64,000 nt of DNA from Bacteroidia bacterium. GTDB lineage: Bacteria; Bacteroidota; Bacteroidia; NS11-12g; UBA9320. The position numbers and the translations under genes are program-made. This document shows positions 19,899-29,747 of the stretch, in pieces. Numbering within the stretch: the first letter of the stretch is position 1; every line of letters begins with the position of its first letter. The notes below the pieces were generated by a model that saw nothing but the letters and a program-made list of their open reading frames with translations, had not been told where the DNA came from and made no database searches. The DNA is taken from contig JAOKFZ010000002.1 in NCBI GenBank assembly GCA_028247315.1, positions 18,438-82,437 on the forward strand, given 5' to 3'.

Positions 19899-20531
19899 TT
19901 GAAAGACCTTAGGAAAAATTACACTGCAGGAGAACTTGTAGAATACAACCTACCTTCAAGTCCTTTTGAACTGTTCACACAATGGTTTGAGGATGCGAGC
20001 AATTCAGATGGTATTGTGGAGCCCAATGCGATGGTTCTCAGTACTGTTAATTCCGATTTGGAACCAGATTCTCGTATTGTATTATTAAAAGATATTAGAA
20101 AAGAGGCGTTTGTTTTCTATACCAACTATGATAGTAATAAAGGTCAGCAGATTGCTCACAATGGTAATTGTACCTTATTATTCCCATGGGTAAATTTAGA
20201 ACGGCAGGTCATAATACGCGGTTTTGCGTCTAGAGTATCTGAACAAGAATCTATTGACTACTTCAACTCAAGACCCAAAAGCAGTAGGATAGGAGCATGG
20301 GCTAGCTCCCAAAGTAATCCAATCCATAGCAGGGAAGATTTAGAGAAGCAGCTCAAAATGGTTGAGGCCAAGTATACAGGTACAGATATACCAAAACCAC
20401 CACATTGGGGTGGGTTTGCCTTAGATCCCAGAGAGATTGAGTTTTGGCAAGGGAGACCCAATAGATTGCACGACCGCCTGGTTTATCGTAAAAATGTTGG
20501 GCATTGGAATACAGTAAGGTTGCAACCCTAA
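19899..20531 (+). CDS. pdxH: Pyridoxamine 5'-phosphate oxidase
   Basis: EPNAM.L, RIVLLK, FYTNY.S.K, EFWQGR..RLHDR. Confidence 0.96.
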   Translation: MKDLRKNYTAGELVEYNLPSSPFELFTQWFEDASNSDGIVEPNAMVLSTVNSDLEPDSRIVLLKDIRKEAFVFYTNYDSNKGQQIAHNGNCTLLFPWVNLERQVIIRGFASRVSEQESIDYFNSRPKSSRIGAWASSQSNPIHSREDLEKQLKMVEAKYTGTDIPKPPHWGGFALDPREIEFWQGRPNRLHDRLVYRKNVGHWNTVRLQP

Positions 20532-20616
20532 GTGTCCTTCATTTTTGCGTCATAGCAGCATGAGAATGAACAAATGTGACTTTGTGAGGTTATATTTGCT
20601 AAGAGGTAGTTAAGCA

Positions 20617-21852
20617 TTGGGTTCACAATAAATTGACATACAAAAGAAAATTAAGTCTAGATCTACTATCTTAACGTGGTTATTGGCACCTGCAATTTTA
20701 GGTGGTATGGCATTGTTTGGTTTCCAAACTTATAGCCTAATTACTGGCAAGTCATTCTCCGATTTCAACTTTGAAATTGGTAAGCTTTGGTCTACTGAAG
20801 AAACAGTTCCTTAACCTATTGACACGAATGGACCCTCTAACATAGCTAGCTCTATCTTACGAGAACTAGTTGCAGAACCGCAAGTTAGTACGGCATTGGA
20901 AAGTGTGATTTTTCCGCAGATAAGAAGAAAAACTGTTCTGTATACGAATGAAAATACTACGAATGAGATTGTAAAATCAGAGAAGATTAAAGCACTGTTC
21001 TCTTCTGAGGTAATTATCGTTAATAGTATATCGGCAAATTTTGGTAATAAACAAATACAGAAATACGTAAAGAGAATGCAAAACGATTACCTGATTAATC
21101 CAACTCTTGTGCCTCACCATGGTAGTTGGTATATTGGTTTTAGTTTTGCTCCTAGTGTTTGCTATCGCAGTTTTGGCTACAATACCAGTTCTATTCCTGG
21201 GGTAGTAAGAGAAGGGAATACAGAATACACTTTTGGTCTTACAGAAAATGAACGTAACACAACAGACAAGACCATTACTTCATATGCAGTCGGATTAGAC
21301 TTTGGTAAACGAATTTCAGCGAAACTAAGCCTGTTTTCTGGGTTGCACTATGCTCAATACGGTGAACAACTTAATGTACGTATTGCAGATAAAAACAATC
21401 CCAATTTTGAGATGTCTTCTTTCATGGGAAATCAACCTCAGTATCAACGAGCGGATGAAGAGAATTCAGAATCATTGCCCTACATCAACAAGTATTCGTT
21501 TCTAGAAATACCGCTCAGGGTAAGTTATACAATCAAGGAATATTCCAAGGCTAAGATTGCTATTAGTACTGCTGTTGTTGTTCAAAAACTGGATCAAGTG
21601 AATGCATTGGTTTATGATTTTAACACAGACTATTACTATTGGATGAATAGTAAGGAAACCATTTTTAGAAAATACGGATTGGGTGGAACCATTGGTGTGT
21701 CTTTTTCTCAATATGTAGGAGAACGCTTAGAGGTATATGCTGCTCCACAGTTTAAATACAATCTACATTCTACGTTCAATGAGCCATACCCTGTTTTACA
21801 AAACCAATATACTGGAGGTATTCAATTAGGTTTCAAGCAGCAGCTTTTCTAG
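20617..21852 (+). pseudogene. Outer-membrane beta-barrel (PorT-like) domain gene interrupted by two in-frame TAA codons
   Basis: Frame continues from TTG at 20617 through a TM segment (ILTWLLAPAILGGMALFG) into ORF 20896-21852; stops at 20629-31 and 20812-14; TATATTTG at 20591-98; barrel motif FLEIPL and terminal Phe. Confidence 0.6.
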
Positions 21853-21892
21853 GCTGATTTTTTTACACAATATTCTTGTATTTTTGCTAGAT

Positions 21893-23071
21893 ATGAAACG
21901 AGTGTACATAGTATCAGCGGTTCGAACTCCCATGGGTAGTTTTAATGGACAACTGAGCGGAATACCAGCACCTAAACTAGGGTCTATAGCTATAAAAGGA
22001 GCATTAGAAAAAGCTGGAATACAACCCAGTGATGTGGATGAAGTATATTTTGGAAATGTATTGCAAGCGGGAGTTGGGCAAGCCCCAGCTCGTCAAGCTG
22101 CCATATTCGCAGGATTGCCCGATTCTACTCCGTGTACAACCATCAATAAAGTATGTGCTAGTGGAATGAAATCTGTGTCCTTAGGAGCTACTTCAATAAT
22201 GCTAGGACACAATGATATAGTGGTGACAGGAGGTATGGAAAACATGAGTCAAGTGCCTCATTATCTTCCAGGTTCTCGTGGAGGGTACAAATACGGAAAT
22301 TTTACAGCCGTAGATGGTTTAGCTCATGATGGATTACGTGATGTATACAATGAGTATATGATGGGTAGTGCTGCCGATAGTACAGCAAAAGTGCATGGTA
22401 TTTCAAGAGAGCAACAAGATGAGTTTGCCATAAATTCCTATAAAACATCTGCAGCTAGCTGGGAAGCCGGAAAATTTAAAGATGAAATAATACCCGTAGC
22501 AATACCACAACGTAGGGGAGATGCTATCATAATGGATGAAGACGAAGAGTACAAGAATGTTCGTTTTGATAAAATACCTTCACTGCGTCCAGTATTTGAT
22601 AAAGAGGGGACAGTAACTGCAGCAAACGCAAGTACTATAAACGACGGGGCTGCCTGTATAATACTAGTGAGTGAGGACAAAGCAAAAGAACTTGGTCTTA
22701 CACCCATTGCCGAAGTAGTTTCTTTTGCAGATGCGGCTCACGAGCCAGAGTTTTTCACTACCGCACCTGCTAAAGCAGTGCCTATAGCTTTAGAAAGAGC
22801 CGGATATACGCTTGCAGATGTAGATGCTTTTGAACTTAATGAGGCATTTTCTGTAGTAGGAATAGTAAACACAAAACTCCTGGATATAGATGCGGCTAAA
22901 GTAAATGTGAATGGTGGTGCAGTTGCACTTGGGCATCCACTTGGTGCATCTGGAGCTAGAATACTCGTTACACTTATAAATGTACTAAAACAGAACGGGG
23001 GTAAAATTGGTGCAGCTGGAATCTGCAACGGTGGCGGTGGTGCTAGTGCCATGGTGATCAAAAATATATAA
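21893..23071 (+). CDS. Acetyl-CoA C-acyltransferase (thiolase)
   Basis: NKVCASG, NEAF, GHPLGASG, CNGGGG. Confidence 0.96.
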   Translation: MKRVYIVSAVRTPMGSFNGQLSGIPAPKLGSIAIKGALEKAGIQPSDVDEVYFGNVLQAGVGQAPARQAAIFAGLPDSTPCTTINKVCASGMKSVSLGATSIMLGHNDIVVTGGMENMSQVPHYLPGSRGGYKYGNFTAVDGLAHDGLRDVYNEYMMGSAADSTAKVHGISREQQDEFAINSYKTSAASWEAGKFKDEIIPVAIPQRRGDAIIMDEDEEYKNVRFDKIPSLRPVFDKEGTVTAANASTINDGAACIILVSEDKAKELGLTPIAEVVSFADAAHEPEFFTTAPAKAVPIALERAGYTLADVDAFELNEAFSVVGIVNTKLLDIDAAKVNVNGGAVALGHPLGASGARILVTLINVLKQNGGKIGAAGICNGGGGASAMVIKNI

Positions 23072-23122
23072 AATTTCACAATTTGAGGTACGAAAATTGA
23101 ATACAATAAAGTTATAGATACT

Positions 23123-24001
23123 ATGCGAGTAATTACGTTTTTAGCTTTATCCTTTTTGTGTCTTGCTACATTTGGACAACGAGCCAAAGTAAAAGCGGGT
23201 GACTCTACCTACGTAGATTCTATTCGTAACTATGAGTATCAACTGGAAGGGCTAAGTCATAATATTATTAATTCTAAGGATAAAGTAGAACGTATCACCA
23301 GTTGTTACTACTTTATACAAACGCTCAAAAAAGCACTGAGTATTCCCAATTCCTTTGACTACGATTTTAATTCAATCCGAACTGTGTCTGCTCTACGTTC
23401 GGAAGATGAACGGTTTAGGTTGTTTTCTTGGAACCTGCTGTTAGACAGCGGAAGGTATATGTACTTTGGAGCCATACAAATGAACAACGCGGATAGCTTG
23501 GAGTTATACGGATTGTACGATAGCTCGGAGTACAATAAGGATGTTTTCTACGGCCAGTTTGATAACAGGCACTGGATGGGTGCTCTTATTTATCAGATTC
23601 ATCACTACAAATACAAAAAGAAAGATTACTACATTACCTTTGGGTGGGATGGGCAAGATGCTCTTACCAATAGGAAGGTTGTGGATGTACTATGGTTTGA
23701 TGAAGAAGGAGAACCCCAGTTTGGCGAAGAAATATTTGATTTCGATGGAGACCTCCAATCGCGTATAGTGTTTGACTTTAATGATAAAGCGGCAATGCTC
23801 CTAAGGTATGACAAAAATGAAGAGGCCATCGTATTTGCTAATCTAGTGCCTATAAATCCACAAATGGTGGGCTCGTACGCGAACTATGTGCCTGATGGCA
23901 CGTATGACTACTTAAAATTTGAGAAAGGCATCTGGAGACGCTACAAGATGGTGTTTGAGAGTCGTGGTAAGAAACACGGTGGTGACTTGCGGAAGTTGTA
24001 G
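23123..24001 (+). CDS. Secreted hypothetical protein
   Basis: Signal peptide; 292-aa ORF in operon orientation; WMGALIY and YVPDGTYD motifs. Confidence 0.75.
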   Translation: MRVITFLALSFLCLATFGQRAKVKAGDSTYVDSIRNYEYQLEGLSHNIINSKDKVERITSCYYFIQTLKKALSIPNSFDYDFNSIRTVSALRSEDERFRLFSWNLLLDSGRYMYFGAIQMNNADSLELYGLYDSSEYNKDVFYGQFDNRHWMGALIYQIHHYKYKKKDYYITFGWDGQDALTNRKVVDVLWFDEEGEPQFGEEIFDFDGDLQSRIVFDFNDKAAMLLRYDKNEEAIVFANLVPINPQMVGSYANYVPDGTYDYLKFEKGIWRRYKMVFESRGKKHGGDLRKL

Positions 24002-24002
24002 A

Positions 24003-24590
24003 TCAATTATACCGATCATTCAACCCTTTGCCTGCTAATATCATTGGAATTATTTTATCCATTAGTTTCAGCCTAGTCTTTTCTTGCTTGGCATCTGCTA
24101 TATAGTTGGCGTATTCCTTTTGCTTGCCTTTGGTTAGGTTATAGAAGGCCTCTACAACTGATGTGTTTTGGCTTAGTTGACCCAGCAGCTCTGGTGGTAT
24201 AGTGTAGCTCGTGTCTCGTTGCCTTTTTACTTCTAACCCTTTTTTCTGATTGTCTATGGCTTCTAGCACATACATCTTTACTAAGTCTGTGTCTATTTCT
24301 TCCGTTGTGAATTTCCAGTGCCGCATTGCTTTGGTTTTGCCTTCTTGTACATTGGTAAGAATCTTTGCGTGGTCTGACAAAAATACTCCCTGAAAAAACC
24401 ATAGTGCATAGTGTTCTTTGAATGAGCCAATAGAGACAATATTTTTATTTTTCAATGTGTATGTGGGGAAGGACCATTTGAAGGTTTCGATAAGTCCACA
24501 ATGGAGTAAAGTGTTACGCAGTATATCGAGTTGTTTTGTATGGTGAGCATTTACCTCCCAAAACTCTTCAATATTTTTTGGCATTTTCAT
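24003..24590 (-). CDS. YdeI/OmpD-associated (DUF1801) family protein
   Basis: ETFKWSFPTY, LWFFQG, LTKGKQKEY..YI..AKQ.KTR. Confidence 0.88.
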   Translation of the reverse strand: MKMPKNIEEFWEVNAHHTKQLDILRNTLLHCGLIETFKWSFPTYTLKNKNIVSIGSFKEHYALWFFQGVFLSDHAKILTNVQEGKTKAMRHWKFTTEEIDTDLVKMYVLEAIDNQKKGLEVKRQRDTSYTIPPELLGQLSQNTSVVEAFYNLTKGKQKEYANYIADAKQEKTRLKLMDKIIPMILAGKGLNDRYN

Positions 24591-24605
24591 CCTGCCCCAA
24601 AAATA

Positions 24606-25535
24606 CTAAAAATGAATCCAATGTGCTTTCATACCCTCATTGGAGTGGTATTCTAGTGTAGGCATCGGTATTTTGATAGAGTTTGCTATTATGAGCAAAG
24701 TACGTATTCCTTTTCGTTTGTTTTTTAGTTTAGTAAGGTCAATATCTGGAGAGAGATAAAACTGACGACTACGCTTATAAACCTTGTTATAGTCATACGC
24801 CACACCTTCACGCGTAAAAGTATTATCCCTGCCGCCGATGATACCATCTACACCATATCCTGCTGCTATATTGAGCCACTTTGGCCAGCGAGTGTCTTCT
24901 TTCAGAAAGGAGTTGACGTTTACACTTAACCAGTAGGTTTGACCATTGTAGTCCTTGAGTATTCGCTCTGGTAAATTACTGCCCAAAACATTGGGTCTTA
25001 TTTGTGCATACGGTGAAGCAGAATAGGAGTATTTCATCCATATACGTTGCTCATCCCACGCTAGGCTTTGTGATATTGCCAATCCTGCACCAAAAGCATT
25101 GGCAGCCACATCTCCTATACTAGCTCCCCACCCGGCAGAGAAACCATCAAATACCTCAACACCTGTTTGTATGAAAAAACCATACGAACCGCCTATGAGC
25201 GAGTATTGGTTTTTAGAATAACCAGCCCATTTCATCATTTCTATTCCAGCAACGCCTTCGTAATAGCAAGAGAATGAGTGACCTACTTTATCCATTTGCT
25301 GCCATTGGGCATTGTCATTAAAAAACTGAAATCTCTGAAAAGGAAAGTCCTTGTACCAGAGGCTGTACAGTCCTGTCATTAGAGAAGTATACGCTACAGC
25401 ATTACCACCTACTACTATCTGTTTTCGTAGGTGGTAGTTTGTAGCTGTAGTGTCTTGTGCACTGCTGCATATTGCTATGCTACACAGAGCACAGACAAGA
25501 ATAGTCTTATGCCAATATGGTTGCTTTAGTAGCAT
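24606..25535 (-). CDS. DUF2279 (YfiM-like) protein
   Basis: W.QMDKVGH, EVFDGFS..WG, KDYNGQTYWLS. Confidence 0.85.
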   Translation of the reverse strand: MLLKQPYWHKTILVCALCSIAICSSAQDTTATNYHLRKQIVVGGNAVAYTSLMTGLYSLWYKDFPFQRFQFFNDNAQWQQMDKVGHSFSCYYEGVAGIEMMKWAGYSKNQYSLIGGSYGFFIQTGVEVFDGFSAGWGASIGDVAANAFGAGLAISQSLAWDEQRIWMKYSYSASPYAQIRPNVLGSNLPERILKDYNGQTYWLSVNVNSFLKEDTRWPKWLNIAAGYGVDGIIGGRDNTFTREGVAYDYNKVYKRSRQFYLSPDIDLTKLKNKRKGIRTLLIIANSIKIPMPTLEYHSNEGMKAHWIHF

Positions 25536-26904
25536 CTAGTATGGCTATGGTTTCCCCTGCTGTTGCAGCTTGTGCATATACCCGTAGCAATGGTTCTGTA
25601 CCACTCGGGCGTATCATTACCCAACTGTCATCGCTCAATACAAATTTGTAACCATCTATGGTCTCTGTACCGATTACGTCATACTTTCCAAAACTTGAAT
25701 AATCAGCAATTTTACATTTTCCTATGATCGATATTTTTTGCTCTTCTGGCATACGTAGATCATATCTGTCCATAGCAAATGATCCTATCATATCATATAT
25801 TTCTTGTATCAACTCATCCAGGCTTTTACCTGTTTTTGCCATATACTCCCATATGATAAGTCCCATCCATATACCGTCGCGTTCGGGTATGTGTGTGCTT
25901 ACCGCTATACCACCACTTTCTTCTCCGCCAAGTAGACTTTTGTTTTCTATCATCTCTTTGCAGATGTACTTGAAACCTATTTTAGTCACGTGGTTTTCTA
26001 TGCCATAATGATCACATAGATTTTTTATTTTAGACGTACAGCTAAAGCTGGTGTATACGTTTCCTTTTACCCCTTTGTGTTCTACTAAATATCGAATGAG
26101 TAGGAGTATGATATGGTGTGAATCCACAAACTCTCCTTTGGCATTGAATAGTCCGATTCTATCTGCATCTCCGTCTGTTGCAAGGCCACAATCTATATCG
26201 GAAGAGGCTATTAGCTCTGCAAATGGTTTTAAGTTTCGTGCGATAGGCTCTGGGGCTTGCCCCATAAAACTTGGATTGTAATCTGCATGCAAAAGAGTGG
26301 CCTCAGGAAATAGGCGACGCACTACATTCATACCTGCACCATACATAGCATCGTAACCAAGTTTTATGCCGCTGTTGCGTATTCCTTCTATATCAAAATT
26401 AGCATATACATGATCCATGTATTCCTGCTCCATATCAATAATTTCTACCATATCATTCTTCATAAGCTCTGCAAATGAGTGAGTGGTGTATGCGAACGTA
26501 TCCGGTATTTTGGCTTCGACAGCATCTATTTCTGATTGTACTGCTGGTCCACCGTAGTGTGCTTTTATTTTGTAACCATTGTAACTGGGTGGGTTATGAC
26601 TTGCCGTTATCACTATACCCGCATACGCATTGTGGTTTAGAGAAGAAAGGGAAACCATTGGTGTAGACACAAAGTTTTCTGAGGTATATACTTTAATACC
26701 TTGTGAGATGAGTACAGAGATAGTAACCTCGGTAAAAAGTCTACCACCAAAGCGACAATCGTGTCCTACTACTGCTGTGTGATTATCTCCGCGTTCTTTT
26801 ATCCATAGAGCTGTAGCGTATGCAACACGGGCTACGTTGTCCGTGGTATATTCCTGTGCTATTATGGCTCTCCAGCCATCTGTTCCAAATTTTATTTTTG
26901 TCAT
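25507..26904 (-). CDS. Phosphoglucomutase/phosphomannomutase
   Basis: FGTDGWR, TASHNP, DGDADR, GEESGG, RPSGTEP. Confidence 0.95.
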   Translation of the reverse strand: MTKIKFGTDGWRAIIAQEYTTDNVARVAYATALWIKERGDNHTAVVGHDCRFGGRLFTEVTISVLISQGIKVYTSENFVSTPMVSLSSLNHNAYAGIVITASHNPPSYNGYKIKAHYGGPAVQSEIDAVEAKIPDTFAYTTHSFAELMKNDMVEIIDMEQEYMDHVYANFDIEGIRNSGIKLGYDAMYGAGMNVVRRLFPEATLLHADYNPSFMGQAPEPIARNLKPFAELIASSDIDCGLATDGDADRIGLFNAKGEFVDSHHIILLLIRYLVEHKGVKGNVYTSFSCTSKIKNLCDHYGIENHVTKIGFKYICKEMIENKSLLGGEESGGIAVSTHIPERDGIWMGLIIWEYMAKTGKSLDELIQEIYDMIGSFAMDRYDLRMPEEQKISIIGKCKIADYSSFGKYDVIGTETIDGYKFVLSDDSWVMIRPSGTEPLLRVYAQAATAGETIAILDATKATILA

Positions 26905-28005
26905 TTAGTAATTAATTTTATTCCAAGGTTTATGGAGTAGTGCCTCATAGAGTACCTCAGATTTTTGTGGTTGTATTTCTTGATTGTTTATTTGTTCTAG
27001 TAAAAAGTCGAAGCGTTTTTCGCTTAAGTATTCTTCTAATCCTTGTAGATTTACTTGTACAGCCATTTCTCTAAGCTGCTCTGAAGATAAAGTAATAGCG
27101 TGACCATCAATGAATAAAATTATTTCATCTAGGTTTTGCAGTGGTATGTTCTTGTATTTACTCCAACTTTCTTTCACGGTAATGTTATCTATTGTCCAAT
27201 GCTTGAGGAATACGTGAGAAAAGTAAGCATCTCCTCCTGCATTCAAGATTGTTTGCTTGTTTGCATTCACATACTTTTCTATTGAAGTATAAAATGCCGC
27301 GTTTTCTATATTTGAATTAATATGTGGTGGAAGTACCCGATACATAATTCTTTTGGTACTTTTCAATGGATGAAATTCCCTAAACACCCGCTTGTCATAC
27401 AATGCTTGATGTTTTAATGCAGGAGACATTCTCGGATTGTTTTTAAAATTATTGGACCCGAACTGGACAAGGTTAAATTCAAATGTGTTGCTGTGTAGTG
27501 CATTCCAAAAGGTTAAAGTAGCGGGACCATTTACATTCGTTGGAATATGTTCTGATTTGAGTGTGCTTATTATATCTGGGCCATCTATATATCCATAGTC
27601 GATAATTTTACCGTCTTTTCCCATACCAGTGAAAGTGATACCTTGTACTGAGAAATCGAAGTTTCGCTTAAATAATTGCCAATACTCGTGGATGAATATA
27701 TCTGTACCACTAACGAAAGGGTTCGCTGCCCTTTTTTCCATTTTTAGCATTTGAGTTGGTCCTACCACAAATTGTTTACTGCTATGCTCCCAAAGAGGAA
27801 TATCTCCTGTCAGTATTCTGGGATATAATAATTCTGCGATGCCTTGTACTATGTTAAACCCAATGCTGTCTGCCTGTTTGGCTGATCGTGCGTGCAATAG
27901 TACAGGTGTTACGTCGTAGCTTTTTGGGACGGTATTTCTATTTGATGGTATACATCCAACCAACATACCGATTAGTACTATTACAATACCTTTAGATAAA
28001 TGCAT
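26905..28005 (-). CDS. Lipoprotein, possibly distant GldN/PorN-like
   Basis: Lipobox LVGC; motif pattern reminiscent of GldN (see findings). Confidence 0.6.
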   Translation of the reverse strand: MHLSKGIVIVLIGMLVGCIPSNRNTVPKSYDVTPVLLHARSAKQADSIGFNIVQGIAELLYPRILTGDIPLWEHSSKQFVVGPTQMLKMEKRAANPFVSGTDIFIHEYWQLFKRNFDFSVQGITFTGMGKDGKIIDYGYIDGPDIISTLKSEHIPTNVNGPATLTFWNALHSNTFEFNLVQFGSNNFKNNPRMSPALKHQALYDKRVFREFHPLKSTKRIMYRVLPPHINSNIENAAFYTSIEKYVNANKQTILNAGGDAYFSHVFLKHWTIDNITVKESWSKYKNIPLQNLDEIILFIDGHAITLSSEQLREMAVQVNLQGLEEYLSEKRFDFLLEQINNQEIQPQKSEVLYEALLHKPWNKINY

Positions 28006-29209
28006 TTTCTCCGGTTATTTCCATTCCCAATATGAGTAGATGAATATCATGCGTACCTTCATAGGTTACTACACTTTCTAGATTCATCATATGTCTCATC
28101 ATAGGGTACTCACCTGTGATTCCCATTCCGCCATGGATTTGTCTCGCTTCTCGTGCTATATTCATGGCTATTTCTACATTATTTCTTTTTGCAAGAGATA
28201 TTTGAGCAGGAGTAGCTTTCCCTTCATTCATCAGTGTACCAAGTCTCCAACACACCAGTTGTGCTTTGGTTATCTCAGTTAGCATCTCAGCCAGTTTTTT
28301 CTGTTGCAATTGGAAACCACCTATAGGCCTGCCAAACTGATGACGCTGAGCAGCATATTTTTTTGCACTTTCATAGCAGTCCATTGCAGCACCTATAGCA
28401 CCCCAACTTATACCATAACGAGCAGAGTTAAGACAGGTAAGCGGACCTTTGAGTCCTTTCACACCTGGCAGAATGTTACTTTTTGGTATTCTCACATTGT
28501 CAAAAACAAGCTCTCCAGTAATACTTGCTCGTAAACTCCATTTACCATGCGTTTCTGGGGTAGTAAAACCTTCCATTCCACGTTCTACAATTACTCCACG
28601 TACGATACCCTCAGGGTCTTTTGCCCATACTACAGCTACGTCTGCTTGTGGCGAGTTGCTTATCCATAGTTTGGCCCCATTAAGTATAATGTCATCACCA
28701 TCTTCTTTATAGCTGGTTGTCATTCCATTCGGATTACTACCGTGGTCTGGTTCTGTAAGGCCAAAACAACCTAGCATATCGCCGTTACCTAGCTTAGGTA
28801 AGAACTTTATTTTTTGTTCTTCGCTACCAAATTTATGAATTGGGTACATCACAAGAGAACCTTGCACACTTGCTGTGGAACGAATACCACTATCGCATCT
28901 TTCTAGCTCTTGCATAGCAATACCATAACTTATATAGTCAAGGCCACCACCACCATACTCTGCGGGTATTTGTGGTCCAAAGCAACCAACATCACCCATT
29001 TGTTTTACAATATGACTTGGAAAATAGTTGTTTTGAGCACATTCTTCTATGATAGGTGACAGTTCACGCTTCACGTAAGAGCGAACGCTGTCTCTTACCA
29101 TCTTATGCTCTTCAGATAGGAGGTCATCAATATTATAAAAATCAGGATGGTCAAAAGTGTCCTTTCCTTTTTTTGCTTCCTTTAATTCGTTTATTTCTTG
29201 CGTAGTCAT
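27992..29209 (-). CDS. gcdH: Acyl-CoA dehydrogenase, glutaryl-CoA dehydrogenase-like
   Basis: CFGLTEPDHGS, CLNSARYGISWG, TYEGTHDIH. Confidence 0.88.
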   Translation of the reverse strand: MTTQEINELKEAKKGKDTFDHPDFYNIDDLLSEEHKMVRDSVRSYVKRELSPIIEECAQNNYFPSHIVKQMGDVGCFGPQIPAEYGGGGLDYISYGIAMQELERCDSGIRSTASVQGSLVMYPIHKFGSEEQKIKFLPKLGNGDMLGCFGLTEPDHGSNPNGMTTSYKEDGDDIILNGAKLWISNSPQADVAVVWAKDPEGIVRGVIVERGMEGFTTPETHGKWSLRASITGELVFDNVRIPKSNILPGVKGLKGPLTCLNSARYGISWGAIGAAMDCYESAKKYAAQRHQFGRPIGGFQLQQKKLAEMLTEITKAQLVCWRLGTLMNEGKATPAQISLAKRNNVEIAMNIAREARQIHGGMGITGEYPMMRHMMNLESVVTYEGTHDIHLLILGMEITGENAFI

Positions 29210-29223
29210 ATATTAATCTCTGC

Positions 29224-29239
29224 TAACTTTGCAAATGTA
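29224..29239. promoter_or_regulatory. Abutting divergent -7 promoter elements (gcdH / folB)
   Basis: TAACTTTG (+, 29224-31) directly followed by TACATTTG (-, 29232-39). Confidence 0.6.
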
Positions 29240-29266
29240 AAATTATTACCCAACATAAGATACGAC

Positions 29267-29626
29267 ATGCAAGACAGTTTAGAAACAATATTGAGTATTA
29301 ACAAGGTCAAAGTTAAAGCAAATCACGGATGGTATGAAACGGAACGAAAAATAGGAGGGATGTACTTGATATCTGTTCGTATATTTTCGTACAATAACGT
29401 GAAGGAACAGTTGGAAGATATAGAAGATACTGTAAACTATGAAGAAATTCATACGGTGATTACCACAGTGATGAAGAGAGAGTACAAACTCATAGAAACG
29501 TGCTGTAAAGCTCTTTGGAACGAACTCAAGCCTTTGTCTGATGCTGATGTGTGGGAGGTAACACTAGAAAAAGAAGATGTGCCAATAAAACATGTAGGCA
29601 GTACTAGTTTCGTAATAAAGGGATAA
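29267..29626 (+). CDS. folB: Dihydroneopterin aldolase
   Basis: ANHGWYETERKIG, DTVNYE, LIET. Confidence 0.88.
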   Translation: MQDSLETILSINKVKVKANHGWYETERKIGGMYLISVRIFSYNNVKEQLEDIEDTVNYEEIHTVITTVMKREYKLIETCCKALWNELKPLSDADVWEVTLEKEDVPIKHVGSTSFVIKG

Positions 29627-29747
29627 TCATTTAGTAGCTTTACCGTAGAATTAATTGCCTTTGTCCATAAGTAGGAATGGGACCGCATCATTCTGCCATA
29701 AAAAGCTATTTTCGCACACTTATTTTGAGATTTAAATAGAGTAATCA

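Noticed and set aside
20617..20814. Stop-codon reassignment as the explanation for the in-frame TAA codons
   Set aside because: TAA terminates many bona fide genes in this window at their expected ends.
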